From contig QHXX01000029.1 of assembly GCA_003223135.1 (NCBI GenBank), forward strand, positions 11,864 to 75,863: a stretch of DNA of 64,000 bases, in the 5' to 3' direction. Below, piece after piece: positions 1 to 9,792 of this stretch; within the stretch, counting starts at the first letter, position 1; each line of letters opens with the position of its first letter. Under the pieces are notes generated by a model. It had not been told where the DNA came from, made no database searches, and was given only the letters and a program-made list of their open reading frames with translations. Position numbers and translations under genes: made by a program. The DNA is from Acidobacteriota bacterium. Lineage in GTDB: Bacteria > Acidobacteriota > Polarisedimenticolia > Gp22-AA2.

Positions 1-231
1 GCCCGGCCCCAGGCGCCGGCGATAGAACGGCGCCAGACCCACCAGGGTCCCCGACTCATCGCGCGCCGTGATCAGAAGCGCCTCGCGCTCATCACCGTAG
101 TGCCTCATCCAGGCGATGATCCATTCGGGGCTCAAGAAGATCTCGGACTCCGACGCCTCGTCCAACAGACGGCTCCACTCGGGAAGAAGCCGGTGCGGCC
201 ATTCCGCCGGCGGGACCCTCTCGATGTTCAA
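1..231 (-). CDS. GNAT-family N-acetyltransferase (CelD/BcsL-like), 5' part only
   Basis: Not in ORF track. A TTG at 231 overlaps the stop of the deacetylase; my translation LNIERVPPAEWPHRLLPEWSRLLDEASESEIFLSPEWIIAWMRHYG...GTLVGLAPFY matches the typical N-terminus of this family and runs off the window. Confidence 0.75.
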   Translation of the reverse strand, partial: MNIERVPPAEWPHRLLPEWSRLLDEASESEIFLSPEWIIAWMRHYGDEREALLITARDESGTLVGLAPFYRRRLGPG

Positions 232-1358
232 GACTCGACCCTCGCCTCGCGGGCGCGCAGGTAGGAGATGCGCCGACCCAGTGGCCAGGCCAGGTCACCC
301 GTACGACGGCGGTCGGCCCAGGCCCGGGCGAGGAGCTCGAAGGACGCCAGGAACGCGGGTACATTTCCCGGCAGACAGCGACGCAAAGCCAGACGATCAT
401 CACCACGGCGCACCGTCCCCGGCTCCGTGGTGACGGCGCAGCGGTAGCCAGCCTCGGCAACCAGCCTGCAGGTGGTGTCGCTGAGATCGGGAAAACGACC
501 GTTGGGGTAAGCGAAATCAAGGACGGGCTGTTCCAGCATTCGTTCGAGGTCTTTGCGGGAGCCATCGATTTCCGCCCTGGCACTCTCGGGTTCCAGCGTC
601 GAAAGGATAGGGTGGGTCCTGGAGTGGGCGCCCACCGTGAAGGGGCGCTGCGTCATGCGGCGGAGCAGATCGGGTCCAACCACCCGATCCTCCTCAGGGG
701 GGCGGGTGTATCCACCGGCCTCCTCCGCCAGACGGTCGAGGATCTCCTGGCGCCTTCCGTCCTGGGTCTTGAGGGCCTCTTTGATTCTGAAATAGGCGGC
801 GTAGCGGCTCGCCTCGTCCACCGTTGGCAACAGGGGCCAGAGGCCGGGGACTCCTGGTATCGTCGCGCCCTGCCAGCGACGAACCAGTTCCCGAAGCGAT
901 GAAATCCAGAGGTCGCGGGATGACCCTACCAAAGCGCTGGGCATGAAGAAAGTGGCTGGAATATTGAACTCCTGGAGCACGGGTATGGCAAAAATCACAT
1001 TATTGGTGAATCCGTCGTCGAACGTCACCGCGAATGAAGCGACCGGCGGCGATTCTCCCCGCGTAACCGCGAGGGCGATTTCCTCCAGAGAGACCTGACG
1101 GAGATGTCGTGTCAGGTACCGGAGCTGATCGCGGACATTGGAGATGGCGTGACCCGGGGAGAAATACCCCGGGGCCGCATCCGTGGTTCCGTGGAATCCG
1201 AGGATCAGGCAAGCATGTCCGGTCTCAAGCGTTCGGCGCAACATCAGGCCGGTCAGACCGGCGGAATAGAGAATCGCGGCCGTGGCATACTTGATCAAAC
1301 GCTTGATCAGCGCTCCAAAGCGCCTTCCCGGCGAAACTTCTTGCAGGTGCGTTCGCAT
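228..1358 (-). CDS. Polysaccharide deacetylase (CE4/NodB homology)
   Basis: Motifs VTFDDG, GAHSRTHPIL, FAYPNG, AVTT; start uncertain (ORF extends to 1502). Confidence 0.9.
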   Translation of the reverse strand: MRTHLQEVSPGRRFGALIKRLIKYATAAILYSAGLTGLMLRRTLETGHACLILGFHGTTDAAPGYFSPGHAISNVRDQLRYLTRHLRQVSLEEIALAVTRGESPPVASFAVTFDDGFTNNVIFAIPVLQEFNIPATFFMPSALVGSSRDLWISSLRELVRRWQGATIPGVPGLWPLLPTVDEASRYAAYFRIKEALKTQDGRRQEILDRLAEEAGGYTRPPEEDRVVGPDLLRRMTQRPFTVGAHSRTHPILSTLEPESARAEIDGSRKDLERMLEQPVLDFAYPNGRFPDLSDTTCRLVAEAGYRCAVTTEPGTVRRGDDRLALRRCLPGNVPAFLASFELLARAWADRRRTGDLAWPLGRRISYLRAREARVES

Positions 1359-1664
1359 GTCCTGCCGAAGAGACTGCCATGTCTGTCCCAAGGAACCACG
1401 CAAGGGAGACCTTTCCTCTACCCTACACCGGTTCAATCCGGTCTTTTCATGGAGTCTGACGCAGTCGTGGAGGCGAAACGCAGAAGCGTCGCGCGAACAC
1501 ATGTGGCCGCGGTTTTCATAGGCGAGAAATCCGATCCTCGTGCAAATGGCCTCGACTCATCAATATAATTCTGTCGGCCTGGCGAAGCAATGGGTATGGA
1601 CGTCGCGTCGCAGCCATGTTGACCTAAGTCACCGACTGCCGGTTGTGCGGAGGAGGATGCGGCG

Positions 1665-3530
1665 TTGAGTTCGTCACGGCGTCTCGTCGTGGTCCTTGGG
1701 GAGGGAGCCGCGGTCGGGCTGTTCGTCGGGGGTCTCCTCGGATGGTGGGAGGTCTGGCTGAATTCCGACCTGAGCCACCGGATGTTCTGGCTGGCGACGC
1801 AACGCCTGGCGGGACCGACGGTGCGCGGCGCCGGTTGGGGCATCCTGGCATCCGCAACGCTCGCCCTCGTGATGGGGGAGCTGGCTCGGCGGGGGCGGCG
1901 ACCCTTATGGATCGCAATCGTCTGCTTTGGGCTCCTGTGGATCGCGGGGCTGGCCGCGCTTGCATTCCCCTTCCGTGAGACGGCATTCGTCCTACACCGG
2001 TTCAGCAGCCACGCTCTCACGCGAACGGTCTTCGGGTTGATCACCGCCGCGTCTCTTCTCCTCCTGGCCGGGCGCTCCTGGGATGCCTTGAGTCGCGCGG
2101 GGGACTCCGGCAACCTCGGGGTCTTGACAAGATTCCGCTTCGTCATCGCCGTGCTGGCGGCGGCATGGGTGGCGTTGACGCTCATTCCCTGGGTTCTGCT
2201 GCCTCGGCTGTCCGCCGCCCGGGCCTCCGGCCGGCCCTCGGTCATTCTCGTATCGCTCGACACGTTGCGTGCCGACCGCCTTGGCGTTCTGGGCTCGGCA
2301 CGACCTCTGACTCCCCTTCTTGACGGGATCGCCACCGAGGGGATGGTCTTCGAGCAGGCGATGTCCGCCGCGCCGTGGACCCTCCCTGCCCACGCGTCGC
2401 TGTTCGCGTCGCGCCTTCCATTCGACCAGAGTCGGCACTGGGACTACAACCACGAGGTCCCGCTCCCCCAGACGTTACTCGCGGAGCGGCTTCGCGAGGC
2501 CGGCTACCGGACCGCGGCATTCACCGGGGGCGGCTACGTCTCCGCTCAGTGCGGCTTCAGTCAGGGCTTCGAAATCTACGAAGATCACGACGAAGTGGTC
2601 GAAGGTGGCCCCGAGACGATCGCGGCCGCGGCCCTGGCATGGGTCCGCGCCGTCCGGAGAGTCCCATTCTTTCTCTTCGTCCACACCTACGAGCCGCATT
2701 ACCCTTACGTGCACGCCGACTTCGCCAATCCCTCCGATGCCGGCCGGCTGCCCTCCGTGGTGACCTACAAGGAGATCGATGCGATCCACAGCGGCGCTTT
2801 GATCCTGTCCGAGGCCGAGCGCCGCTACCTGACGGATCTCTATGACGGGGATGTGGCCCACGCCGATCGGGTGATCGGGAGGTTTCTCCAGACACTGAGA
2901 CGAGAGGGAATTCTCGACGGTGCGCTTCTGGTGGTGCTCTCCGATCACGGGGAGGAGCTATGGGACCGGGAGCCCAATTACAGCCCGGATCACGGTCATT
3001 CGCTCTATCAGGAACTCATGCACGTGCCGCTGCTGGTGCGCTGGCCCGGTCGAGTTCCCGCGGGGTCGCGTATCCGCACACCCGTGAGCCTGATCGATCT
3101 GGCACCCACCCTTCTCGCGCTGACCGGGCTCCCCGGTGATCCCGCTCACCAGGGCAGGAGTCTCGCGAGGACAATGCAGACGGCCGAAGAACCACCGCCC
3201 CGGCCGATCCTGGCTGAGGCGATCGAATTTGGTCCGGACCGCTTCCTGATTCGGGAAGGAAACCTCAAAGTCGTTCTCACCCCCTACCCGGATCGCTTCA
3301 GCATCGTCCCGATCCCGGCCCGCACCCTCGAGGTTTTCGACCTTGACGCCGACCCCCTGGAACGGCACGACCTCTCCGCCCACCTGACGAAGCCGGTCGC
3401 CGAGATGGTGGACGTGCTCTGGCGGCGGGCGAGGGGAGTCTTGAGTGGCCCGACGCGGGACGACGAAGCGGGGCCGCCGCTCCCGGAAGAGCTTCTCCAA
3501 CAGCTGCGTTCCCTCGGTTACCTGCACTAG
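1665..3530 (+). CDS. Membrane-anchored sulfatase-like (alkaline phosphatase superfamily) hydrolase/transferase
   Basis: N-terminal TM helices; SLDTLRAD, WTLPAHAS, HTYEPH, SDHGE, C-terminal LRSLGY. Confidence 0.88.
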   Translation: MSSSRRLVVVLGEGAAVGLFVGGLLGWWEVWLNSDLSHRMFWLATQRLAGPTVRGAGWGILASATLALVMGELARRGRRPLWIAIVCFGLLWIAGLAALAFPFRETAFVLHRFSSHALTRTVFGLITAASLLLLAGRSWDALSRAGDSGNLGVLTRFRFVIAVLAAAWVALTLIPWVLLPRLSAARASGRPSVILVSLDTLRADRLGVLGSARPLTPLLDGIATEGMVFEQAMSAAPWTLPAHASLFASRLPFDQSRHWDYNHEVPLPQTLLAERLREAGYRTAAFTGGGYVSAQCGFSQGFEIYEDHDEVVEGGPETIAAAALAWVRAVRRVPFFLFVHTYEPHYPYVHADFANPSDAGRLPSVVTYKEIDAIHSGALILSEAERRYLTDLYDGDVAHADRVIGRFLQTLRREGILDGALLVVLSDHGEELWDREPNYSPDHGHSLYQELMHVPLLVRWPGRVPAGSRIRTPVSLIDLAPTLLALTGLPGDPAHQGRSLARTMQTAEEPPPRPILAEAIEFGPDRFLIREGNLKVVLTPYPDRFSIVPIPARTLEVFDLDADPLERHDLSAHLTKPVAEMVDVLWRRARGVLSGPTRDDEAGPPLPEELLQQLRSLGYLH

Positions 3531-3805
3531 GAGTGTGTCCGAGTAATAGCATGGGCCGCGCACATGGGGCTTGCGAGTCCCAGGCGAGGCGCGAGGAGGA
3601 AACGATGTTGGTCGCATCGTTGACGATGAGCAACGAAGCATGGGGCCGCAATCCCCATGTGCCCTGCGGGTTCGCGGCGGCGCGGGGCCGTCCGCGTCGT
3701 TGCCGCTCCTCCGAGATGACTCACATCGCGGTCGTCGCGGCGTCTCGCGGCCGACCCCGCGGCGCCGCGAACGCGACCCATGCTATTACTCGGACACACT
3801 CCTAG
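3527..3805. mobile_element. MITE-like non-autonomous element (271 bp, 3531-3801) with 25-bp perfect TIRs, flanked by CTAG on both sides
   Basis: GAGTGTGTCCGAGTAATAGCATGGG at 3531-3555 and its exact reverse complement at 3777-3801; CTAG at 3527-3530 and 3802-3805; no transposase inside. Confidence 0.88.
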
Positions 3806-3810
3806 GTGAG

Positions 3811-4824
3811 ATGCCCTTGCTCCGTAGGATTGGAATCCCCCTCCTTCTGATCACCGCTTCCTCTTTCCTGGCGCTGGCGCTATCCGAAGTCGGATTGCGA
3901 CTCTTCCGGCCGGTCCAGTACCTCAAGCCGCCAACCCCGATCCGGCCGGAAGAACAGGGAGAGTCGCTCTACCGCCCTTCCCTGATCCCAGGGCTCAGCT
4001 ACGAGATGGTTCCGGGCCGTAACGGTTCCTTCGAAGGGATGTCGGTGCGTACCAACAGCCTCGGCATGCGCGGACCAGAGCCGGCGCCTCCCGACCCGTC
4101 GCTCCTCCGAGTGGCGGTGGTGGGGGACTCCTTCACCTTCGGCTTCGGGGTTCCCGAGGAGGAGACCTACCCCAGCGTCCTTGCGAGAATCCTGAACCGA
4201 TCGCCAGCCGGCCGGAATCAACGCTTCGAGGTGTTGAACCTGGGCGTGGTCGGGTACAACACCCAGGACGAGGCGGTGGTCGTGGAGCGGAAGGTCCTTG
4301 CTCTCGATCCGCGCCTGGTCATCGTAGGGTATGTCCTCAACGATCCGGAAATCGATCCCCGCCCGTCGCTCCACAAGTACTTCGATCCCCCCGTCTGGTG
4401 GAGACACTCCCATGTCCTGCGGCTTGTCCATCTGGGATGGAACTGGCTGGACGTCTGGCGGTACGGGGGAGGGGACTACATCCGCTATCTTTACGCGCCC
4501 GACCGCGAGAAGTGGCAAAGCGTGGTCACCGCCTTCGGGAAAATCGGGGCCCTCACCCGGGAGAGGGGATCGCGGGTCCTGGTGGTCATCTTTCCCCTGG
4601 TCCCACCGGACGGGTGGACCAGCTATCCTTACCGCGACCTCCACCTGCAGGTGGCGCAGACCGCCCGGAAGGAAGGATTCGAGGTCGTGGATCTCCTGCC
4701 GGTCTTCGTTCGCTACCCTCCATCCGATCTCAGAGTGTCGGTGGAGGACGGTCATCCCAACACGTTCGGGCATGAGCTGGCCGCCCAGGCCATCGCCGAC
4801 GCAGCCCTCACCCTCATCAAGTGA
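3811..4824 (+). CDS. SGNH/GDSL hydrolase-family protein, N-terminal membrane anchor
   Basis: GDSFTFG block I, NLGVVGYNT, YVLND, DGHPN; true start ATG 3811 (the ORF extension to 3571 reads through the MITE). Confidence 0.9.
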   Translation: MPLLRRIGIPLLLITASSFLALALSEVGLRLFRPVQYLKPPTPIRPEEQGESLYRPSLIPGLSYEMVPGRNGSFEGMSVRTNSLGMRGPEPAPPDPSLLRVAVVGDSFTFGFGVPEEETYPSVLARILNRSPAGRNQRFEVLNLGVVGYNTQDEAVVVERKVLALDPRLVIVGYVLNDPEIDPRPSLHKYFDPPVWWRHSHVLRLVHLGWNWLDVWRYGGGDYIRYLYAPDREKWQSVVTAFGKIGALTRERGSRVLVVIFPLVPPDGWTSYPYRDLHLQVAQTARKEGFEVVDLLPVFVRYPPSDLRVSVEDGHPNTFGHELAAQAIADAALTLIK

Positions 4825-4898
4825 GGAACGATCGCTGGCTCCGGTCTACAATCACGCCATGGTCTTCGCCACCGTGCTCGTCGCGGTGTTCCTGCAGG
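4821..4898 (+). pseudogene. Relic of a paralogue of the 11430-12899 glycosyltransferase
   Basis: 4821-4841 matches 11430-11450 at 19/21 nt; 4844-4898 matches 11799-11853 at 46/55 nt. Confidence 0.8.
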
Positions 4899-4910
4899 GA
4901 GCAGGATCGG

Positions 4911-6494
4911 ATGCCCTCTAACATGAAGCGAGCGTTCATGATGGTGCTGTTGCTCTTCCTGGGCGGAGTCGGCGCAGAAATCTCGGCCATCTTGTTGATC
5001 AATTCCGGCCATCTCGTCTACACCCTGGACGACGCCTACATCCATCTGTCCCTGGCCGAGAACATTGCCCGGGGTCACTATGGCGTGAACCTCGGAGAAT
5101 CTTCTTCTCCATCCTCGAGCATTCTCTGGCCGTTCCTTCTGGCGCCCGTCGCCGGGTCCGCCTTGGGCACGCTGGTGCCTCTCGTGCTGAACGTCCTGGT
5201 GTCCGTCGGGACGGTGTTCCTGTTCTGGAGAGTCGTCGGCGTCGCGATGGGTGACTATCAGACCGACGTCGTCTCATCGACCGCGGTCCCCACCCTCCTC
5301 GTGTCGCTGCTGATCGTCGCCACGAACCTGATCGGACTCATCTTCACCGGGATGGAGCACTCCCTGCAGGTCTTCCTCGTGACCTTGATCGTGTGGGGAC
5401 TGATCCAGGAATCGAGAGGGGGCAAGGCGCACTGGTGGCTGGTCCTGCCCCTGGTCCTCGCCCCCCTGGTTCGATACGAGAGCCTTGCGATCTCGGTGCC
5501 GGGGCTGCTCTATCTCTTCCTGCGTCGACACCGAAAAGAGGCGCTGACCGCGGCGGTGGTCCTTGGCATGGCGCTGTGGGGATTCTCGGCATTTCTCGTC
5601 CATCTGGGACTGGATCCTCTTCCCGACTCCACAATGGTGAAATCGAAGGTCGTCTCCTCGGGCGGAAATCTCCGGCTCATGGTTCGTCACTTCGGGGGCA
5701 GCCTGAACAACCCCAGGGGGAGCATTCTGGCGGCGGTCTGTCTGGCCCTCTGCTGGCTCGCACGCTCCGGGGGACGGAAGCCAGCTGAGAGGCTGTTCGC
5801 GTGGTGTATCGCGTCGGGCGTCGCCCTGCACCTGCTCGCGGGGGAGTACGGATGGTACAGCCGGTACGAGATCTACATCTGGACGGCGTCCATCTTGTCC
5901 GTCCTCTATCTCGGCAGGGAGGCTCTGTCCCGGAGGCTCGCTCGTGACGGTCCCTACGCGGTCGGCTTCCTCGCGGGGCTGACGGTGGTGCTCACCTGCT
6001 TACCCTACATCCAGGTTCTCGCCACGACTCCGCTCGCCTCGAACAACGTCTACCAGCAGCAGCGCCAGATCCGCCGATTTGCCGTTGAGTATTACAAGAG
6101 ACCCATTGCGGTGAATGACGTCGGTTATCCATCCTACGGCAATGACGCCTACGTTCTGGACGTGGCAGGGGTCGCCTCGAGTGAAGCATTGAAGGCCCTG
6201 AAGCGAGGCGACACGGCCGCCTGGTTCGAGGAGGCGTCTAGGGTTCACGATGTTCGTCTCGCGATGATCTACGGCGCTTGGTTCGCTCCGATCGCTGACC
6301 GGTGGATTAAGATAGGCGAGCTTCACCTGGGGCGGGAAAAAATTTCCGTCAACAATGAAGCGGTGGAATTCTACGCCCGCGACGACGAAACTCGGGAAGC
6401 GGTGATCCCGCTGCTTCGCAGTTTCGCGGCGACCTTGCCCGAGGGAGCCAGGTTCACTTTTTCCGATTCGAACCGGGGTGCCCCGGAGAATTGA
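4911..6494 (+). CDS. Polytopic membrane protein, GT-C-like glycosyltransferase
   Basis: DDAYIH acidic loop after TM1, SSPSSSILWP, TGMEH, VRYE, many TM helices. Confidence 0.75.
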   Translation: MPSNMKRAFMMVLLLFLGGVGAEISAILLINSGHLVYTLDDAYIHLSLAENIARGHYGVNLGESSSPSSSILWPFLLAPVAGSALGTLVPLVLNVLVSVGTVFLFWRVVGVAMGDYQTDVVSSTAVPTLLVSLLIVATNLIGLIFTGMEHSLQVFLVTLIVWGLIQESRGGKAHWWLVLPLVLAPLVRYESLAISVPGLLYLFLRRHRKEALTAAVVLGMALWGFSAFLVHLGLDPLPDSTMVKSKVVSSGGNLRLMVRHFGGSLNNPRGSILAAVCLALCWLARSGGRKPAERLFAWCIASGVALHLLAGEYGWYSRYEIYIWTASILSVLYLGREALSRRLARDGPYAVGFLAGLTVVLTCLPYIQVLATTPLASNNVYQQQRQIRRFAVEYYKRPIAVNDVGYPSYGNDAYVLDVAGVASSEALKALKRGDTAAWFEEASRVHDVRLAMIYGAWFAPIADRWIKIGELHLGREKISVNNEAVEFYARDDETREAVIPLLRSFAATLPEGARFTFSDSNRGAPEN

Positions 6495-8041
6495 TTGCAC
6501 TGGGCCTTTGGCCCGAGGGGACGGGGGGAAGGTTGACTTTTTTGAAGCCGCCTCCGGGATCTCCCGCCAAGATTCTCCGCACCCTCCTTCTCGCCGGCGC
6601 CGCCTTGTATCCCGTCGTCTACCTGTGCCTGGCGTATTACCGGCTTCGGTATCCATTCGAGCTCGAATGGATGGAGGGGGGAGGCCTGGCGCAGGTCGGG
6701 AGGATCCTGGGCGGAGAGCCGCTGTACACGCGCCCGAGCATGGCGTACATTCCTTTCATCTACCCTCCGCTCTACTACTACACAGCCGCCGCGGCCTCGC
6801 GCATGATGGGGCAGGAGGGATTCCTGCCCCTGCGCCTCGTGTCGTTCGTGTCTTCCCTCGCCTGCTTCGTTCTGATCTTTCGAATGGTGCTGAAACAGAC
6901 GGGCGATCGGACCGCGTCGTTCTTGTCCAGCGCCCTCTTTGCGGCGACCTTCCGTGCGGGCGGTGCCTGGCTGGATGTGGCGAGGGTGGATTCGATGTTT
7001 TTGGCGTTATTCCTGGCGGGGGTGTATGTCATTGCGCCACGCCTTTCCAATAAACGGTGCCTGGCGGCCGGCGTTCTATTCTCCCTATCCGCATTGACCA
7101 AGCAGGCCGCGCTTCTGATGTGCGCTCCTCTGATCCTCTACCTGCTCTGGAAGAGCTGGCCCCGGGCGGTGGCCATGGCGGCTCCCATGGCTCTCTTCCT
7201 GGGAGGGGCCACCGTGCTGCAGGACCGTGCAACCGGTGGATGGTTCTCCTACTACGTCCTCCTTCTTCCAAGACAGCATGCGTGGTCCCGGGACGTCTGG
7301 CTCTCGTTTTGGTTCCGGGATCTACTGTCCACCCTGCCCATCGTCCTTTTGATTGCGATGTTCGCCTCGCTTCCGCTTCTCGCGCCCCACCGCCGCTTCG
7401 CGGGTCCCTTCTGGCTCGCGGTCACCGCCGGGATGCTCGCGGGGTCCTGGCTGATGCGGACCTTCGAGGGAGGATACGAGAATGTGCTGCTTCCCGCGCT
7501 CGCGATCCTCTCCGTGCTGTTCGGCCTCTCCCAGAGCACCATCCGGGAATGGGTCGCCGGCTTGCGCCCGGAATGGAGACACAGCGGCGAGGCATTCGTC
7601 TCCATGGCATGTCTCGTGCAGTTTGCGTTCCCGGGCCTTCTCTACGATCCGCGGCTGCAGCTTCCCACTCAATTGGACCTCATGGCGGGCAGGAACCTGG
7701 TGCGGATGGTTCGTGACGCGACGGGGGAGGTCCTCATCCCCTCGCACCCCTACCTCGTTGCGCTGGCCGGCAAGGAGCCTTCGGCGACGGAGATGGCCCT
7801 GCAGGAGGTGCAGAGGTCCCGCACCCCCGAGAAGGAGGCGGTGGAGCGGGAGATCGCGGAAGCCCTGCGCAGCCGGCGCTTCGCCCTGGTCCTCCTGGAC
7901 GGGAATTCGGGCTTCCTCCCCGATTTCGACCGCTACTACGTGGAGAAGGCGCGGGTCCTTCAGGGGAAGGAGTTCTATCCGGTGACCGGTGCTAAGAGGA
8001 GACCGGAAATCCTGTACGTGCCGAGGAGGGAGGGGATTTGA
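6491..8041 (+). CDS. GT-C (GT39/ArnT-like) membrane glycosyltransferase
   Basis: EWMEG loop, YPPLYY, RVDS, TKQ; translationally coupled to neighbours. Confidence 0.78.
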   Translation: MIALGLWPEGTGGRLTFLKPPPGSPAKILRTLLLAGAALYPVVYLCLAYYRLRYPFELEWMEGGGLAQVGRILGGEPLYTRPSMAYIPFIYPPLYYYTAAAASRMMGQEGFLPLRLVSFVSSLACFVLIFRMVLKQTGDRTASFLSSALFAATFRAGGAWLDVARVDSMFLALFLAGVYVIAPRLSNKRCLAAGVLFSLSALTKQAALLMCAPLILYLLWKSWPRAVAMAAPMALFLGGATVLQDRATGGWFSYYVLLLPRQHAWSRDVWLSFWFRDLLSTLPIVLLIAMFASLPLLAPHRRFAGPFWLAVTAGMLAGSWLMRTFEGGYENVLLPALAILSVLFGLSQSTIREWVAGLRPEWRHSGEAFVSMACLVQFAFPGLLYDPRLQLPTQLDLMAGRNLVRMVRDATGEVLIPSHPYLVALAGKEPSATEMALQEVQRSRTPEKEAVEREIAEALRSRRFALVLLDGNSGFLPDFDRYYVEKARVLQGKEFYPVTGAKRRPEILYVPRREGI

Positions 8042-9792
8042 GCCGACCCTGGCGCCCACAGCTCGCTCCGGTGGACCTGGCCCTCGGCCTCATGGTGGGT
8101 CTCGCCGCAGTGGCGAGGTTTGCAGGCATCGGTTTCGGGCTCCCCCTCGTCAACTGCCGCCCCGACGAGCTGACCCTGATCGCGCACGCCATCGGCTTCT
8201 TCTCCGGAGATTTCAACCCGCATTTCTTCAGTTACCCTTCGCTTCTCATGTACCTCTATTACGGGATGTACAGGATTTATTACTTTCTGGGCCTGGCGTC
8301 GGGACGGTTCGGTTCATCTGGCCAGCTCATCGTCGAGTTTGCAAACGATCCGACGCGGTTCTTCTTGATGGGCCGGGCCGTTTCGGGACTTCTGGGCACC
8401 CTCTCGGTGGTTCTGACCTACCGGCTGGCTGCGCGCTTCTTCGACACGAGCGTCGCGCTGATCTCCGGTTTATTTCTGGCCTTCGCCTACCTGCATGTCC
8501 GGGATTCACATTTCGCGACGACCGACGTGCCAGCGACCTTTTTCATCCTCTGCTCCTATGTCTGGATTGCGAAGGCGTTTGAGGCACCCTCGGTCCGGGC
8601 CTACCTCATGTCGGGAACGTTCGCGGGCATCGCCGCCTCCACCAAGTACCTGGGAGTGCTGATTTCGGTCCCCATGATGCTGGTTCATCTCAAGGATTGG
8701 AAAGAGGCCGGGTTCCGCCCTGGTCTTGCGTTGGATCGGAAGGTGTTCTGGTTCGGGGGCGCTCTCGTTCTCCTCTTTTTTCTTGGGACTCCCTTTTCGC
8801 TCGCGGAGCCGCTCAACGCCTTCAGGGATTTTCGCAGGGAGGCCCGGGCGGTCCTGGCGACAAGCGATCATGGTCACATTGGCTGGCTGTACCATTTGAT
8901 CGTCTCGCTGCGCCACGGACTCGGCCTGCCGCTGCTGCTGGCGTCGTTGGCCGGGTTCGTTCTGGCCTTTCGAGTGGATAAGAGAAAGGCGTGGGTCCTG
9001 CTGAGCTTCCCGCTCGTCTACTACGCACTCATGGGCAGGGGTTACAGGAACTTCACCCGTTACGCCGTCCCACTCGTGCCCTTCCTCTGCATCGCCGCCG
9101 GAGTGTTCGTCGGTTCTCTGGGCGCCATGGTGGCACGCCGATGGACCCCCCGCGCGCGCGCCCCGTTGCTGAGCCTGATGTGCTGTGCGGTCCTCCTGCC
9201 GGGGCTGGTCAAGATTGTCGGCTTCGACGCCTTGCTGCTTAAGACGGATACCCGGGTATTGGCCAGACGCTACGTTGAACGCGCAATCCCGCCAGGGACG
9301 TCGGTGTGCGTTGTTCCCCTGACATTCAGCGAGCTTGATCTCTACCCGACCTCGGATGCGCTCACCCGTCAGATGCAGGCGGAGCCACCCGGGAGCATAC
9401 GGCGGTGGATGGCCTCCGCCAGGCTCGAGGCCCTCCAGGCCAAAGCGCGTCCCGGATACAGGCTGTGGGAGTACGATTCCCAGTCGGGAAGGTTCGTCAT
9501 GGACGGAAAGGTCATGGACTCCCTTCCCGACGTTCTCATCCTGGAGGAGTCCCCGCTGCCCGTGCTCAAGCGAATGGCGCCCGAGGAGGTCAGGAATCTC
9601 GCGGCCAGGAAATACACGCTCACGAAGTCGCTGCTCGCCTACGACGATCTCTCTGGGAGCGTATTCGACGAGCGGGACATCTTCTACATGCCGCTGGAAG
9701 GCTTCCGTAATTTTTCCCGGCCCGGCCCCAACATTCATATCTACGAGCGGCGTGAAGAGGCGCCGGTCTCCGATGACGGCCCCCGCCAATGA
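8038..9792 (+). CDS. GT-C (ArnT/PMT_2-like) membrane glycosyltransferase
   Basis: RPDE loop, FNPHFFSYPS, SHFATTDVP, STKY, RYAVPLVP. Confidence 0.82.
   Translation: MSRPWRPQLAPVDLALGLMVGLAAVARFAGIGFGLPLVNCRPDELTLIAHAIGFFSGDFNPHFFSYPSLLMYLYYGMYRIYYFLGLASGRFGSSGQLIVEFANDPTRFFLMGRAVSGLLGTLSVVLTYRLAARFFDTSVALISGLFLAFAYLHVRDSHFATTDVPATFFILCSYVWIAKAFEAPSVRAYLMSGTFAGIAASTKYLGVLISVPMMLVHLKDWKEAGFRPGLALDRKVFWFGGALVLLFFLGTPFSLAEPLNAFRDFRREARAVLATSDHGHIGWLYHLIVSLRHGLGLPLLLASLAGFVLAFRVDKRKAWVLLSFPLVYYALMGRGYRNFTRYAVPLVPFLCIAAGVFVGSLGAMVARRWTPRARAPLLSLMCCAVLLPGLVKIVGFDALLLKTDTRVLARRYVERAIPPGTSVCVVPLTFSELDLYPTSDALTRQMQAEPPGSIRRWMASARLEALQAKARPGYRLWEYDSQSGRFVMDGKVMDSLPDVLILEESPLPVLKRMAPEEVRNLAARKYTLTKSLLAYDDLSGSVFDERDIFYMPLEGFRNFSRPGPNIHIYERREEAPVSDDGPRQ

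Noticed and set aside
3527-3805. Two opposite-strand 90-aa ORFs both starting MCPSNSMGR
   Set aside because: By-product of the terminal inverted repeats; no protein features.
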